A stretch of DNA of 63,951 nt, filler included, from Acidimicrobiia bacterium (lineage in GTDB: Bacteria > Actinomycetota > Acidimicrobiia > Spongiisociales > CAZKJJ01), in the NCBI GenBank assembly GCA_046759765.1. It is 6 parts of 6 records of this genome, joined end to end, with 100 filler letters (N's around TTAATTAATTAA, not from the genome) between each part and the next. Parts side by side here need not be neighbours in the genome. Positions count along the whole stretch, not along the records: positions 47,752 to 59,341 come from JBHICV010000069.1; 5 more parts are not named here. One strand, 5' to 3'. Each line of letters opens with the position of its first letter. Position 1 is the first letter of the stretch. Positions 49,511 through 59,441 of this stretch are shown here, in pieces. The position numbers and the translations under genes are program-made. The notes under the pieces are model-generated. The model was not told the DNA's origin and made no database searches. It saw only the letters and a list, made by a program, of their open reading frames with translations.

Positions 49511-50653
49511 CTAGCAGACCCGTCCCAGGACGCTACCAGCGAACTCCCTGGCCTCGGCGTCGACGCTCTTCACCTCGTCGATGCTGTCGACCGTGCGGTG
49601 CTCAACTCCTTCCATCGTCCGTTCGACGACTTCGGCGATACCGAGGAAGCCCAGGCGCCCGTTCAGGAATGCATCGACGGCGACTTCATCGGCGGCATTC
49701 AAGACCGTAGGGGCAGAACGGCCCAGCTTGCCGGCTTCATACGCCAATCGAAGGGCCGGTAATTGGTCGAGGTCGGGCGGATGAAAAGCCAACTCGCGTC
49801 CTACGAGATCAAACTTGGGCAAAGGACCGGGGGCGCGGTCGGGATACGTGATGGCGTACTGGATGGGGACACGCATATCCGGCTCCCCGATGTGGGCCTT
49901 GACCGAGCCGTCTGCAAACTCGACGAGCGCATGGACCAGGCTCGGTGGGTGAATGACCACATCAATCGCGTCGTAGTCCAACCCGAAGAGATAGTGAGCC
50001 TCGATCACTTCGAAGCCCTTGTTCATCAAGGTGGCCGAGTCCACGGTGATGCGGGGCCCCATCTGCCAGGTCGGGTGACGGAGGGCTTCAGCAGGAGTCA
50101 CCTCCGCCAGCTGCTCGAGCGACCAACCGAGAAACGGGCCGCCGGACGCGGTCAGTATCACTCTGAGGACTGCACCAGTTTCCTCGCCGACGAGACATTG
50201 GAAGACGGCCGAATGTTCAGAGTCGACGGGAAGGATATCGCCTCCTCCTCGTTCCCTGGCGGCCAGAACTACGGGACCACCGGCGATCAGGCTCTCTTTG
50301 TTAGCCAATGCCAGCCGGTTTCCGGCTTCCAGCGCAGCCACCGAGGCGGCGAGGCCGATCGAGCCGACAACGCCATTGAGCACCGTCGTGCCCGGAAGTG
50401 CCGCCAGCTCAGAGAGAGACTCGTTGCCCCACCGGACACGATTCCCGAGCTCGGACGAGAGCCTTTCACGTTCTTCCGAGGATGGGGAAGTAACCCCGAC
50501 GAGCGCGTCGGGCACATCACGTGCGATCTCCAAGAGAGAGTCGGAGCCTCTTCTCGCCGCGATCGCGGCTACGGGAACCTCGAGCCGATTGGCTACCTCC
50601 AGCACCTGTCGTCCGATCGAACCCGTCGCCCCGAGGACGACCAACGGGTTCAC
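49511..50653 (-). CDS. dxr: 1-deoxy-D-xylulose-5-phosphate reductoisomerase
   Basis: LGATGSIG, LANKESL, PVDSEHSA, HPTWQMG, NKGFEVIEAH. Confidence 0.97.
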   Translation of the reverse strand: MNPLVVLGATGSIGRQVLEVANRLEVPVAAIAARRGSDSLLEIARDVPDALVGVTSPSSEERERLSSELGNRVRWGNESLSELAALPGTTVLNGVVGSIGLAASVAALEAGNRLALANKESLIAGGPVVLAARERGGGDILPVDSEHSAVFQCLVGEETGAVLRVILTASGGPFLGWSLEQLAEVTPAEALRHPTWQMGPRITVDSATLMNKGFEVIEAHYLFGLDYDAIDVVIHPPSLVHALVEFADGSVKAHIGEPDMRVPIQYAITYPDRAPGPLPKFDLVGRELAFHPPDLDQLPALRLAYEAGKLGRSAPTVLNAADEVAVDAFLNGRLGFLGIAEVVERTMEGVEHRTVDSIDEVKSVDAEAREFAGSVLGRVC

Positions 50654-51900
50654 TGGACGATGCCCATCCAGAAGAGGGCGTAGTAAGCCGCCGGCAGTAC
50701 GAGAATCAGGCCGTCGACTCGATCGAGCAAGCCTCCATGCCCCGGAAGGATCGATCCCATGTCCTTGACGCCGAGAGATCGCTTGACGAGCGATTCCGTG
50801 AGATCACCGAGAGGCGAGAAAACGACAATCACAACGGCCAGGATCAGGGCCTGGCTCAGTTCGAGTACGTCGAAGTAAGAGACGGCCGTAAGACCCGCGC
50901 CTATGCCCAGTGCGATCACCGCGCCTCCCACCAGGCCCTCTACAGTTTTGGTGGGCGACAAGGCTGGAGCGAGACGAGTCCTACCCATTCCTCTCCCTAT
51001 GAAATAGGAGCCGATGTCGAGCGCCGCGTTGACAACGACGATGAACAGCACGAGAGGCTGATAGTCCGGGGAGTGAATGATCGGCATGGCAAACGACATG
51101 GCGAGCGCGATCCACAGGACTCCGAGCAACGTCAGCGACCCGTTCTCGAGCGGCCGGCGCATGCCGGTGAGGACGTACCAGAGCATCAGCACCGCGATCG
51201 TGCCGGCTGACAACGCGGCTGCCGCATAGGGGCCGTCGGATCCTGCTGCCCACGATCCAGCCAGGATCGTCGCCGAGCCCACGACACCGATCAGCACCAT
51301 CGGGTTGAAGCCAGCACCTCTAACGGTGCTGTAAAACTCGAGCAAGCCGCCCAGGGCCACGATTCCCACGAGCGCGGCAAGGACGCCCGGCTGCGGCACG
51401 ATCAGGGCCACCACGAACACCGCCGCCAGCGCTACCCCCGTCGCTACCCGGGTGAGGAAGTCCGGCTCCTCCGGGCCCTCCGGCTCGGCCTCCGTCCCGG
51501 TCACGTCTTCGAACCCGACCACTCCGTGCTCGATACCGGGCACCACCACCGCCACCGCCTGCGGTTCGTGTTCAGCTTCGTCAGCTTCGTCCACCGCCCG
51601 GGCTAGATCTTCGTATTCGCTGGTAGTTGCCGCCGCGTACTCGTCGGAGTCGGCATCGGGCTGATCGGAGGGCTCGCCCTCACTCTCATCGGTGGTCTCG
51701 TCCGCGGTGGGGAACTCCTCCTCGCCCTCGGCGTCCTCCGCTTCCTCGTCAGGTTCCATCCAGCTGAAGTCGAGATCGAACTGCTCCGGGACGCCTTCCG
51801 AGGGCTGCTCCTCTTCCTCCGACGGGTAGTTGGACGGGTGCTGTGCCGGGCCCTTGAAGGGAACTACCGAGTCGTCTGAGTCATCGCGATCGTCAGCCAA
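50650..51900 (-). CDS. cdsA: Phosphatidate cytidylyltransferase with long acidic N-terminal extension
   Basis: SPTKTVEG, GDLTESLVKR, KDMGSILPGHGGLLDRVD; TTG start behind GGAGGTG. Confidence 0.9.
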   Translation of the reverse strand: MADDRDDSDDSVVPFKGPAQHPSNYPSEEEEQPSEGVPEQFDLDFSWMEPDEEAEDAEGEEEFPTADETTDESEGEPSDQPDADSDEYAAATTSEYEDLARAVDEADEAEHEPQAVAVVVPGIEHGVVGFEDVTGTEAEPEGPEEPDFLTRVATGVALAAVFVVALIVPQPGVLAALVGIVALGGLLEFYSTVRGAGFNPMVLIGVVGSATILAGSWAAGSDGPYAAAALSAGTIAVLMLWYVLTGMRRPLENGSLTLLGVLWIALAMSFAMPIIHSPDYQPLVLFIVVVNAALDIGSYFIGRGMGRTRLAPALSPTKTVEGLVGGAVIALGIGAGLTAVSYFDVLELSQALILAVVIVVFSPLGDLTESLVKRSLGVKDMGSILPGHGGLLDRVDGLILVLPAAYYALFWMGIVQ

Positions 51901-51901
51901 G

Positions 51902-52447
51902 TCACACCTCCAGCAGCTCTTGCTCCTTGTCGGCAAGGTGCTCGTCGATGGAAGCGATGGCCGCGTCTGTGAGTTGCTGGAGCTCCTTCTCGGCTCGGTG
52001 AATGTCATCCTCGGAGATGTCGAGGTCCTCTATGTCATCCTTGGCATGCCGACGTATGTTGCGCACCGCCACCCGGCCATCTTCCGCCATCTTCCTGACG
52101 ACCCTAATGAGTTCCTTGCGGCGGTCCTCGGTCAGAGGCGGAAAGACAATCCGGAGAACCGTGCCATCGCTCGCAGGGTTGAGACCCAGGTCTGAGGACT
52201 GAATGGCCTTCTCGATCTCCGCGATCGCGGATCGGTCGTAGGGCTGCACCACCAGCAGTCGCGGCTCCGGCACCGACATGGTCGCCAGCTGCTGCAGCGG
52301 CGTCTGCGTTCCGTAGTAGGAGACGGAGATCCGCTGCAAAATCGCCGGGTTGGCTCGACCCGTCCTCACCGTGGCGAACTCCGAAAGAACGTGTTGAGTT
52401 GCCAGGTCCATGTGCTCGCGTGCGTCCTCGAGGATCTCTGCGGTCAC
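51902..52447 (-). CDS. frr: Ribosome recycling factor
   Basis: VRTGRANP, YYGTQTPL, PPLTEDRRKEL, VRNIRR. Confidence 0.97.
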   Translation of the reverse strand: MTAEILEDAREHMDLATQHVLSEFATVRTGRANPAILQRISVSYYGTQTPLQQLATMSVPEPRLLVVQPYDRSAIAEIEKAIQSSDLGLNPASDGTVLRIVFPPLTEDRRKELIRVVRKMAEDGRVAVRNIRRHAKDDIEDLDISEDDIHRAEKELQQLTDAAIASIDEHLADKEQELLEV

Positions 52448-53160
52448 TACGCCTTCTTTCCGACCAGTGTCCCGATCCGCTCTCCTCGGACTGCCTTCAC
52501 GATGTTGCCGGGTTTAAGGAGGTTGAAGACCACTATCGGAAGAGAGTGATCGCGACACATGGTTATCGCCGTGGCATCCATGACCTGGAGATCGAGGTTG
52601 ATCACATCCAGATAGCTGACCTCGTCCAGGAGCTTGGCGTCAGGATGCTCCTCCGGGTCGGCGTCGAAAACGCCGTCGACCCGAGTGGCCTTGAGCAGCC
52701 CATCGGCGCCGATCTCCGCCGCACGCAAGGCCGCGGTTGTGTCAGTGGTGAAGAAGGGATTCCCGGTTCCGCCGGCGAAGATGACAGCCCGGCCTTTCTC
52801 CAAGTGCCTGATGGCTCGGAGACGTATGTACGGCTCAGCCACTTGGTCGATTCGCAGGGCGGTCTGCAGCCGGCTCGGCACGTCCTCGTTCTCGAGGGCA
52901 TCGCGTAACGCCATCCCGTTCATGATCGTGGCGAGCATTCCCATGTAATCGGCGTTGGCGCGATCCATGCCGGCGGCAGCGGTAGAAACGCCACGGAAGA
53001 TATTTCCCCCACCTACTACGCAGGCGATTTCTGCGCCCAAAGAATGAGCTTCCGCGATCTCGGACGCTACGCGTTGAACTGTCGAGGGGTCGATGCCATA
53101 GCCGACATCGGGGTCGGCGAACGACTCGCCCGACAGCTTGAGAAGTACGCGCCTATACAT
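52447..53160 (-). CDS. pyrH: UMP kinase
   Basis: [31 protein letters not shown]. Confidence 0.97.
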   Translation of the reverse strand: MYRRVLLKLSGESFADPDVGYGIDPSTVQRVASEIAEAHSLGAEIACVVGGGNIFRGVSTAAAGMDRANADYMGMLATIMNGMALRDALENEDVPSRLQTALRIDQVAEPYIRLRAIRHLEKGRAVIFAGGTGNPFFTTDTTAALRAAEIGADGLLKATRVDGVFDADPEEHPDAKLLDEVSYLDVINLDLQVMDATAITMCRDHSLPIVVFNLLKPGNIVKAVRGERIGTLVGKKA

Positions 53161-53170
53161 CTCTTCGTCC

Positions 53171-53788
53171 TCAGTTAGTTGTTTCGCCTACCGCTAGGCG
53201 AGCGAACCGCTTTACGCCGACATTCTCGCCCATCTGTACTGCGGTCTGCTGGACCATCTCCCCCACCGTTCCCCCGAAGCGCTCTTCGTTGACGAACGGC
53301 TGCTCGTACAGCACCTCATCTTGGTAGAAGGACCGCATCCTCCCCTCGACGATCTTGGGAATCACTTCGTCCGGTTTGCCCTCGTTGGTGGCCTGATTGC
53401 GGATGACCTCCTCCTCGTCGGCGATCTCGGACGCAGGAACTTCCTCGACCGACACCCAGCGAGGGCGGCGGGCCGCAATATGAAGAGCAAGCTGATGAGC
53501 CAGGTCCTGAAACTCCGGAGAACGGGCCACGAAGTCGGTCTCCGAGGCCAGCTCGACTAGGACACCGACAGCGGGGTAGTCGGGATTCGGGTGGAGGTAA
53601 TAGCCAATCGTTCCCTGGTTGGCGGCCCGAGCGGAACGCTGGCCCGCTTCGGCCAATCCCTGCTCTCTTAGAAGCTTGATCGCACCATCGAAGTCTCCTT
53701 CAGTCGCTTCGAGTGCGCGCTTGGCATCCATCATTCCGACCCCGGTGGTGCGCCGCAGCCGCTGCACCTCTTCCGCCGAAGCGGTCAT
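53171..53788 (-). CDS. tsf: Elongation factor Ts (short form)
   Basis: [35 protein letters not shown]. Confidence 0.95.
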   Translation of the reverse strand: MTASAEEVQRLRRTTGVGMMDAKRALEATEGDFDGAIKLLREQGLAEAGQRSARAANQGTIGYYLHPNPDYPAVGVLVELASETDFVARSPEFQDLAHQLALHIAARRPRWVSVEEVPASEIADEEEVIRNQATNEGKPDEVIPKIVEGRMRSFYQDEVLYEQPFVNEERFGGTVGEMVQQTAVQMGENVGVKRFARLAVGETTN

Positions 53789-54690
53789 GGCTGGGCTACC
53801 TCGTCAGCGGCGCTTTCTGCCTCTGGGGCCGGTGCGGCGCCTTCTGTCTCCTGAGCCGGAGCGGGGCTCTCTGCCTCCTCGGCTTTAGGTTCCTGGCTTT
53901 TCTCGGCCGGTTCGCCGGCTTGGCCTGCTTCGGCGGATCGTTCCGCCAGATCCTCCACAGTCTCAAACTCCTCATCTCGTGCCTCGAACTCGTCAAGGTC
54001 CGCACCGGCAATCCGGCGCCCTTCTACGCACGCGTCGGCAATAGCCGTCGCGACTACCTGGGCAGCCCTAATGGCGTCGTCGTTGCCGGGGATTACGACC
54101 GTTATGTCGTCCGGATCCACGTTCGTATCCGCCAAGGCGATGATGGGGATGTCGAGCCGGATTGCCTCTCGAGCGGCGATGCGTTCCGTGTTCAGATCGA
54201 CGATGAAGACGGCGTCGGGAACCCGCGTCATCGAAGCAACCCCCGTGAGATCTCGCTGGAGCTTGGCGAGTTCTCGGCGGAGCCGGAGTCGTTCCTTCTT
54301 GGGCAGCGCCTCCATAGTTCCTGAGCTTTCCATCGTTTCGAGCTCTTTCATGTAGAAGATCCGCTTGTGAATGGTGGCGAAGTTGGTGAGCATGCCGCCA
54401 TACCATCGGAAGTTCACGTACGGCATAGAAGCGCGTTCGGCTTGGGTGGCGACCGCCTCGGCAGCTTGTGTCTTGGTTCCCACGAAAAGCACGATCCCGC
54501 CGTCCGCCACTATGTCTCTTATGAACGCGTAGGCGTGCTCGAGCTGGTCGAGGGTCTGGCGAAGGTCGACGATGTGTATGCCGTTGCGCTCGCCGTAGAT
54601 GTAGGGCGCCATCTTCGGATTCCACCGCCGGGTTTGGTGTCCGAAGTGAACGCCCGCTTCGAGTAGCTGTTTCATCGTGACAACGGCCAC
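53785..54690 (-). CDS. rpsB: 30S ribosomal protein S2
   Basis: LLEAGVHFGHQTRRWNPKM, RWYGGMLTNF, PGNDDAIR. Confidence 0.98.
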   Translation of the reverse strand: MAVVTMKQLLEAGVHFGHQTRRWNPKMAPYIYGERNGIHIVDLRQTLDQLEHAYAFIRDIVADGGIVLFVGTKTQAAEAVATQAERASMPYVNFRWYGGMLTNFATIHKRIFYMKELETMESSGTMEALPKKERLRLRRELAKLQRDLTGVASMTRVPDAVFIVDLNTERIAAREAIRLDIPIIALADTNVDPDDITVVIPGNDDAIRAAQVVATAIADACVEGRRIAGADLDEFEARDEEFETVEDLAERSAEAGQAGEPAEKSQEPKAEEAESPAPAQETEGAAPAPEAESAADEVAQP

Positions 54691-54699
54691 GGATCCTCC

Positions 54700-54812
54700 T
54701 GGTCTTTGGTTGCGTCTTCCGCCCGCCGGTCGCTAGGTGGCGCAAACCTCCCGCAGAGCTCGCTCCGACCGAGGGAGGGTCCGCGGCGGACGTGTGTGAT
54801 GAAAGAAGATTA
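54700..54812 (-). promoter_or_regulatory. rpsB promoter and structured leader (possible S2 autoregulatory element)
   Basis: -10-like TAATCT (54807-54812) then a CACACAC start and GC-rich leader ending in AGGAGG RBS; position matches known rpsB leaders. Confidence 0.45.
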
Positions 54813-54813
54813 G

Positions 54814-55608
54814 CTACTTGATGCTCGGTTCCGTGAGCCGGTTCCGAAGACTCATCACGGACTTGGTGTGTATCTGACAGACCCTGGACTCTGTTACGCC
54901 CAACACTTCACCGATCTCGGCCAGGGTGAGACCCTCGTAGTAGTAGAGAGTGAGCACCAATCGCTCCCGGTCCGGGAGTCGGTTGATGATGTCGGCGAGA
55001 ACTCGCTTCGTCTCCTCTCTCTGAAAGGCCGCCTCCGGACTGGTCCCCCGCGGATCGGCCAGGAGATCCCCCACCGCGGCGGAATCCGGGTCGCCCGACC
55101 GAAGCAGGTCGTCGAGCGCCACGAGGCCGAGTTGTGATATCTCGGCCAGAGACTCCTGCAGATCCTCGAGCGGCATGTTCATATGAGCTGCGAGTTCCTC
55201 CTCCGTGGCTGACCGTTGGAGCTGGTGCTCGAGCTCGGCGTTGGAACGCTCGATTTCACGTGCTCTGGCACGCACCGAGCGGGGCACCCAATCAAGCGCT
55301 CTCAACTCGTCCAGAATGGCACCCTTGATCCGGTTGATGGCATAAGTCTCGAATTTGAAGCCCCGCTCCGGCTCGAACTTGTCGATCGCGTCGATCAGCC
55401 CGAAGATGCCGTAGGACACGAGGTCGGCCTGATCGACGTTACGAGGAAGGCCTACTCCGACTCGGCCGGCGACGAACTTCACCAGGGACGAGTAGTGAAG
55501 AATCAGGCCCTCGCGGGCTTCCGGATCGGCCGTCTCCTTGAAACGGCTCCAGAGCTCTCTGACATGCTCCTCAGGGAGCCTGTCAGGCGCGGGGGTGAGA
55601 CCGGTCAT
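54814..55608 (-). CDS. whiG: FliA/WhiG-family sigma factor
   Basis: LVKFVAGRV, DLVSYGIFGLIDAIDKF, AILDELRALDWVPRSVR, LYYYEGLTLAEIG..LGVTESRVCQIH. Confidence 0.92.
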   Translation of the reverse strand: MTGLTPAPDRLPEEHVRELWSRFKETADPEAREGLILHYSSLVKFVAGRVGVGLPRNVDQADLVSYGIFGLIDAIDKFEPERGFKFETYAINRIKGAILDELRALDWVPRSVRARAREIERSNAELEHQLQRSATEEELAAHMNMPLEDLQESLAEISQLGLVALDDLLRSGDPDSAAVGDLLADPRGTSPEAAFQREETKRVLADIINRLPDRERLVLTLYYYEGLTLAEIGEVLGVTESRVCQIHTKSVMSLRNRLTEPSIK

Positions 55609-56476
55609 AAGTGGACCTGAGGTGGTGGCGGGTCACGGAAGTGTAAATCTGAGTGGTGCCCAGTTCAACGTGCCCCAGCAACTCCTGAACGGCACGAAGG
55701 TCCGCGCCTCCTTCCAGAAGGTGGGTCGCGAACGAGTGGCGCAGAGCATGCGGGAAGGTTCCGAATCGCTGCTGGACCACTCTCCGGACATCTCTGACGC
55801 CGAGTGGGCCGCCTCGAACGCCCAGCCAGAGGTACGAACCACTGGTCGGGCCTGCCAGCTGTGGACGGCCATCCTTCAAGTAACGCACGAGAGCGCGTCG
55901 GGCCGGCAAACTGAGAGGAACCATCCGCTCGCGGTCGCCCTTTCCGAGCACCCGAATGAAGTCGCGATCTGTGGCGTCATCCACCTTCAGCGCCACGGCC
56001 TCGGCCACTCTCAGACCACTTCCATAGAGGAGCTCCAATAGGGCGCGGTCCCGAAGATCGGTCGGGTCTGATCCCGCGAGGGCGTCCAGAGTCGCGGTTA
56101 CGTCACGCGCGGGCAGCGATCGAGGAAGGCGCGAGCCGAGACGAGGCCGCGGCACGCCCTCGGCCGGATTGACGTCAATCAGACCACGACGCGCCGAGTC
56201 GACGTAAAAGGCGCGAACCGCCGACGACTTGCGTGCAATCGAGGTCCGCGCATAGCCGAGTGTGTCAAGATGGGCCACGAATCTACGAATGGTCCTTCGA
56301 TCTACTGCCCGCACATCTCGGTGGCCCCATCGATCACAGAACTCGAAGAATTGAGCAAGGTCGCGGCGATATGCAGCCACTGTGTGTGCCGAGAGGCTGC
56401 GTACTTTGACCAGCCGCCTGAGGTAAGGATCCACGTCGGGCCGGGCCCAGGCGGGCAAAGCAGGTGTCGCGGGCAT
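55583..56476 (-). CDS. xerC: Tyrosine recombinase XerC
   Basis: HTVAAYRRDL, YGSGLRVAE, GKGDRER, HALRHSFATH, LLGH, TQIY; position after dprA. Confidence 0.9.
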   Translation of the reverse strand: MPATPALPAWARPDVDPYLRRLVKVRSLSAHTVAAYRRDLAQFFEFCDRWGHRDVRAVDRRTIRRFVAHLDTLGYARTSIARKSSAVRAFYVDSARRGLIDVNPAEGVPRPRLGSRLPRSLPARDVTATLDALAGSDPTDLRDRALLELLYGSGLRVAEAVALKVDDATDRDFIRVLGKGDRERMVPLSLPARRALVRYLKDGRPQLAGPTSGSYLWLGVRGGPLGVRDVRRVVQQRFGTFPHALRHSFATHLLEGGADLRAVQELLGHVELGTTQIYTSVTRHHLRSTYDRSHPRA

Positions 56477-56506
56477 CACAACATGATCCCACCACTCGGG
56501 CGCTGT

Positions 56507-57538
56507 TCAGCGTATCGTCGCCAATCCTCCGTCCCAAGCGATCCGACCTCTGGCCTCGAGCCGGGCCAGCTCGGCGAGGATCTCGGGGGCAGTCCAACCG
56601 AGTTCGGCCGCCAGATCATCGGCGTGCCGTCCGACTGATGAGAGATGGGCGAGTACCGGGCTTCCGTCTTCGTCGCCCGTGGCTTTTCGAGGCGGACCGA
56701 GAACCCTTCCGACGGTTTCGATCAGGTCGTCACGTCCGAGGACGGGATGAGCCCCGTCCTGGATCAGCAGGTTGCAGCCCTCCGATGTGGGACGGTCGAT
56801 GTCGCCGGGAACGGCAAAGATGTCCCGTCCTTGTTCCAGGCCGCGACGCGCGGTGATCAACGCACCTCCATCGACCCGGGCCTCGATGACGACAACCGCC
56901 GCCGACAGGCCGGAAATGATTCGGTTCCGGGGAGGAAATCTCCAACCGGTAGGTGGCGTACCCGATGGATACTCCGACAGAACACACCCGCCCAGTTCGA
57001 TGAGCTGCTCTCGTAGCTCTCGGTGCTCAGGCGGATAGCAGAGGTCCATGCCACATCCCAGGACCGCCACCCCGACCGCTGACGCCTCCACGGTCCCTCG
57101 ATGGGCAGCTCCGTCCACACCCCGGGCAAGACCGCTGACCACCGGCCACCCGGCTTCACCGGCCGCTCGTCCAAACGTCGCGGCTATGTCCAGTCCGTAT
57201 CGAGTTGCTTTCCTGGTGCCGACCAGCGCCACACCAAGGGCCTGCGGCGGATCACCCCGGCAGAAGAGAAAATCGGGCGCATCCGGGAGCCCGGCGAGGC
57301 TGGCGGGAAAGCTTCCCTCCCCCTTTACAAGCAACCGGAGGCCCGCTCTAGCGGCCGATTCAATCCGCTCGTCGGCCGGCACCATCGCGGCCGCGCGAGC
57401 TCGTGGCGGCACCTGTATGGCTCCGCGGATAACGGCATCGAGGACTCGCTCCGCCGAGCCCAACTTGTCGAGCAACTCCCGCAGACGGTCGGGATGCATC
57501 CCGATGTGAGCGACTCGTATCAGTGCTTCGCGGCCCAT
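56507..57538 (-). CDS. dprA: DNA-processing protein DprA
   Basis: VGTRKAT.YG, VSGLARGVDGAAH, FPPRNRIISGL, GALITA. Confidence 0.95.
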   Translation of the reverse strand: MGREALIRVAHIGMHPDRLRELLDKLGSAERVLDAVIRGAIQVPPRARAAAMVPADERIESAARAGLRLLVKGEGSFPASLAGLPDAPDFLFCRGDPPQALGVALVGTRKATRYGLDIAATFGRAAGEAGWPVVSGLARGVDGAAHRGTVEASAVGVAVLGCGMDLCYPPEHRELREQLIELGGCVLSEYPSGTPPTGWRFPPRNRIISGLSAAVVVIEARVDGGALITARRGLEQGRDIFAVPGDIDRPTSEGCNLLIQDGAHPVLGRDDLIETVGRVLGPPRKATGDEDGSPVLAHLSSVGRHADDLAAELGWTAPEILAELARLEARGRIAWDGGLATIR

Positions 57539-59004
57539 AACTCACTCCGGAAGGCGAGAGCTTCTGCGACGTGTCCCTCCGATATCTCATCCCCCCCGCC
57601 GAGATCAGCGACTGTGCGCGCGACGCGACGCACCCGATCGAAGCCTCTGCCGCCGAGCCCATCGAAGGCAGACTTCAGAAGTCCTTTGGCTTCGGGGGTG
57701 TATGGCTGATCGTCGAGCGCCGGTCCATCGAGGTTTCGGTTCAGGACTCTTCTGTCCAGCTGTCGTGCGCGGGCTGCCACCACACGAGCCTTCACTTCAT
57801 GGCTCGGTTCGCTACGTATGCCGAAGTAGCTCTCTTTATCTGGTCTCCGAATCGGGAGTCGGATGTCGAACCGATCGAGCAGAGGTCCCGAGAGACGGCG
57901 GCGATACCGCTGCTGAACCGCCTGCGAGCAACCGCACGCCTGCCGGCTGTCATCTTTGAAGCCGCAGGGACACGGGTTAGTCGCCGCGACTAGCTGGACA
58001 TCGCAGGGGAAGACTCCGGTTCCTCCCCTGCGGGCGATTACCACCGTCCGGTCTTCTAGCGGCTGGCGCAGCGCGTCCAAGAGATGTCGTGGAAACTCCC
58101 CCAGCTCATCGAGAAACAGCAGGCCTCTGTGGGCGAGCGAGATCTCACCAGGCTGGGGGAAACCAGACCCGCCGCCAATCAGAGCTGCCAAGGAAGTCGT
58201 GTGGTGGGGCCGCCGAAGAGGCGGGCGCCGGCTGATGGGTCGTGCTCGGCCAGAGGCCGACCATACCTGCGACACCTCGAGCGCTGCTTCATCAGCGAGT
58301 GGGGGAAGCAGCCCGGGCAGCGCTCGCGCCAGCATGGTCTTGCCAACCCCGGGAGGCCCCCACAGGAGGAGGTGATGCCCGCCCGCGGCGCCCACCTCGA
58401 GAGCTCGGCGGGCCGATTCCTGGCCTCGGACCATGGCGAGATCGACAAGGTCCTCCTCGGGAGTCGTCGGCGTGGGCTCCGGTATGGGAGCGCCCCGATG
58501 CCGGTGCTTGGCAACGGCAACGGCTTCGGAGAGCGTGCGAGCGGCTCTCACCTCAACACCCGGCACCGCGGCTGCCTCGGTTGCGGAGAGCGGAGGGAGA
58601 ATGCACGGCTCGCCCACCGATCCGGCAACGATTCCCGCGGCAAGACCTCCTCTCACGGGCCGCAAGGACCCGTCGAGCGCCAGCTCCCCCAGAGCAACTC
58701 CCGTGGCGGCGTCTTCCGGCAGGACCCGATCGGCCACCAAGATGCTGAGCGCAATCGGCAAGTCGTAAGCCGACCCTCCCTTGGGAATGTCGGCTGGGGC
58801 CAGGTTCACCGTCACCCGTCGCGCCGGAAACGGGAAGCCGGTGGTGGCGAGCGCAGCACGAACTCGGTCGCGAGCTTCCCTCACCGCGGTATCGGGCAGA
58901 CCCACGACACAGAAGGAGGGCCGACCGCTGCCGATGTGGGTCTCCACCCGCACGGGCGTCGGATCAATGCCCACCATCGCGGCCGAAAGCACTGTCGAGA
59001 ACAT
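57520..59004 (-). CDS. comM: YifB/ComM Mg-chelatase-like AAA ATPase
   Basis: VGLPDTAVREARDRV, GPPGVGKT, AHRGLLFLDE, NPCPCG, SGPLLDRFD. Confidence 0.92.
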   Translation of the reverse strand: MFSTVLSAAMVGIDPTPVRVETHIGSGRPSFCVVGLPDTAVREARDRVRAALATTGFPFPARRVTVNLAPADIPKGGSAYDLPIALSILVADRVLPEDAATGVALGELALDGSLRPVRGGLAAGIVAGSVGEPCILPPLSATEAAAVPGVEVRAARTLSEAVAVAKHRHRGAPIPEPTPTTPEEDLVDLAMVRGQESARRALEVGAAGGHHLLLWGPPGVGKTMLARALPGLLPPLADEAALEVSQVWSASGRARPISRRPPLRRPHHTTSLAALIGGGSGFPQPGEISLAHRGLLFLDELGEFPRHLLDALRQPLEDRTVVIARRGGTGVFPCDVQLVAATNPCPCGFKDDSRQACGCSQAVQQRYRRRLSGPLLDRFDIRLPIRRPDKESYFGIRSEPSHEVKARVVAARARQLDRRVLNRNLDGPALDDQPYTPEAKGLLKSAFDGLGGRGFDRVRRVARTVADLGGGDEISEGHVAEALAFRSELWAAKH

Positions 59005-59062
59005 GAGGCCAACGTAGAGACGGGGTGTGACAAGAGTTGCGCGGCCTCGCGAGACTCACGTC

Positions 59063-59341
59063 ATGCCCCCCGTCCAGTCGGATCTCGTGGATGCGATTCT
59101 CCGCTCGGGGATCACGGACGATCGCCTCGTCCAAGCCTTCCGTGAGGTTCCGCGGGCAGGCTTCGTACCTCCGGACTTCATTCACATGGCGTACGAGGAT
59201 CGACCGGTCCCCATCCCCCATGATCAGGTGACGACCCAGCCGTCGCTGTCGGCGAAGATGATCGAAGCCCTCGAGCTGACACCTACGAGCCGGGTTCTGG
59301 AGGTGGGAACGGGCTACGGATTCCAGACCGCCTTACTCGCC
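59063..59341 (+). CDS. pcm: Protein-L-isoaspartate O-methyltransferase, 3'-truncated
   Basis: VPRAGFVP, AYEDRPVPI, TTQPS, VLEVGTGYGFQTALLA. Confidence 0.88.
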
Positions 59342-59441
59342 NNNNNNNNNNNNNNNNNNNNNNNNNNNNNNNNNNNNNNNNNNNNTTAATTAATTAANNN
59401 NNNNNNNNNNNNNNNNNNNNNNNNNNNNNNNNNNNNNNNNN
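59342..59441. other. Artificial contig linker
   Basis: N44-TTAATTAATTAA-N44. Confidence 0.99.

Noticed and set aside
53171..53788. Short EF-Ts as a truncated gene
   Set aside because: About 200-aa EF-Ts is a known natural form and the ORF has intact ends.
55583..56476. Tyrosine recombinase as a prophage or island integrase
   Set aside because: Size and position in comM-dprA-xerC-whiG-rpsB match housekeeping XerC; no att site, tRNA or phage genes.
11987..59441. Five regularly spaced TTAATTAATTAA motifs about every 11.7-12 kb
   Set aside because: Identical N44 flanks, six-frame stops and size-sorted contigs show these are assembly linkers; no biological adjacency across them was inferred.
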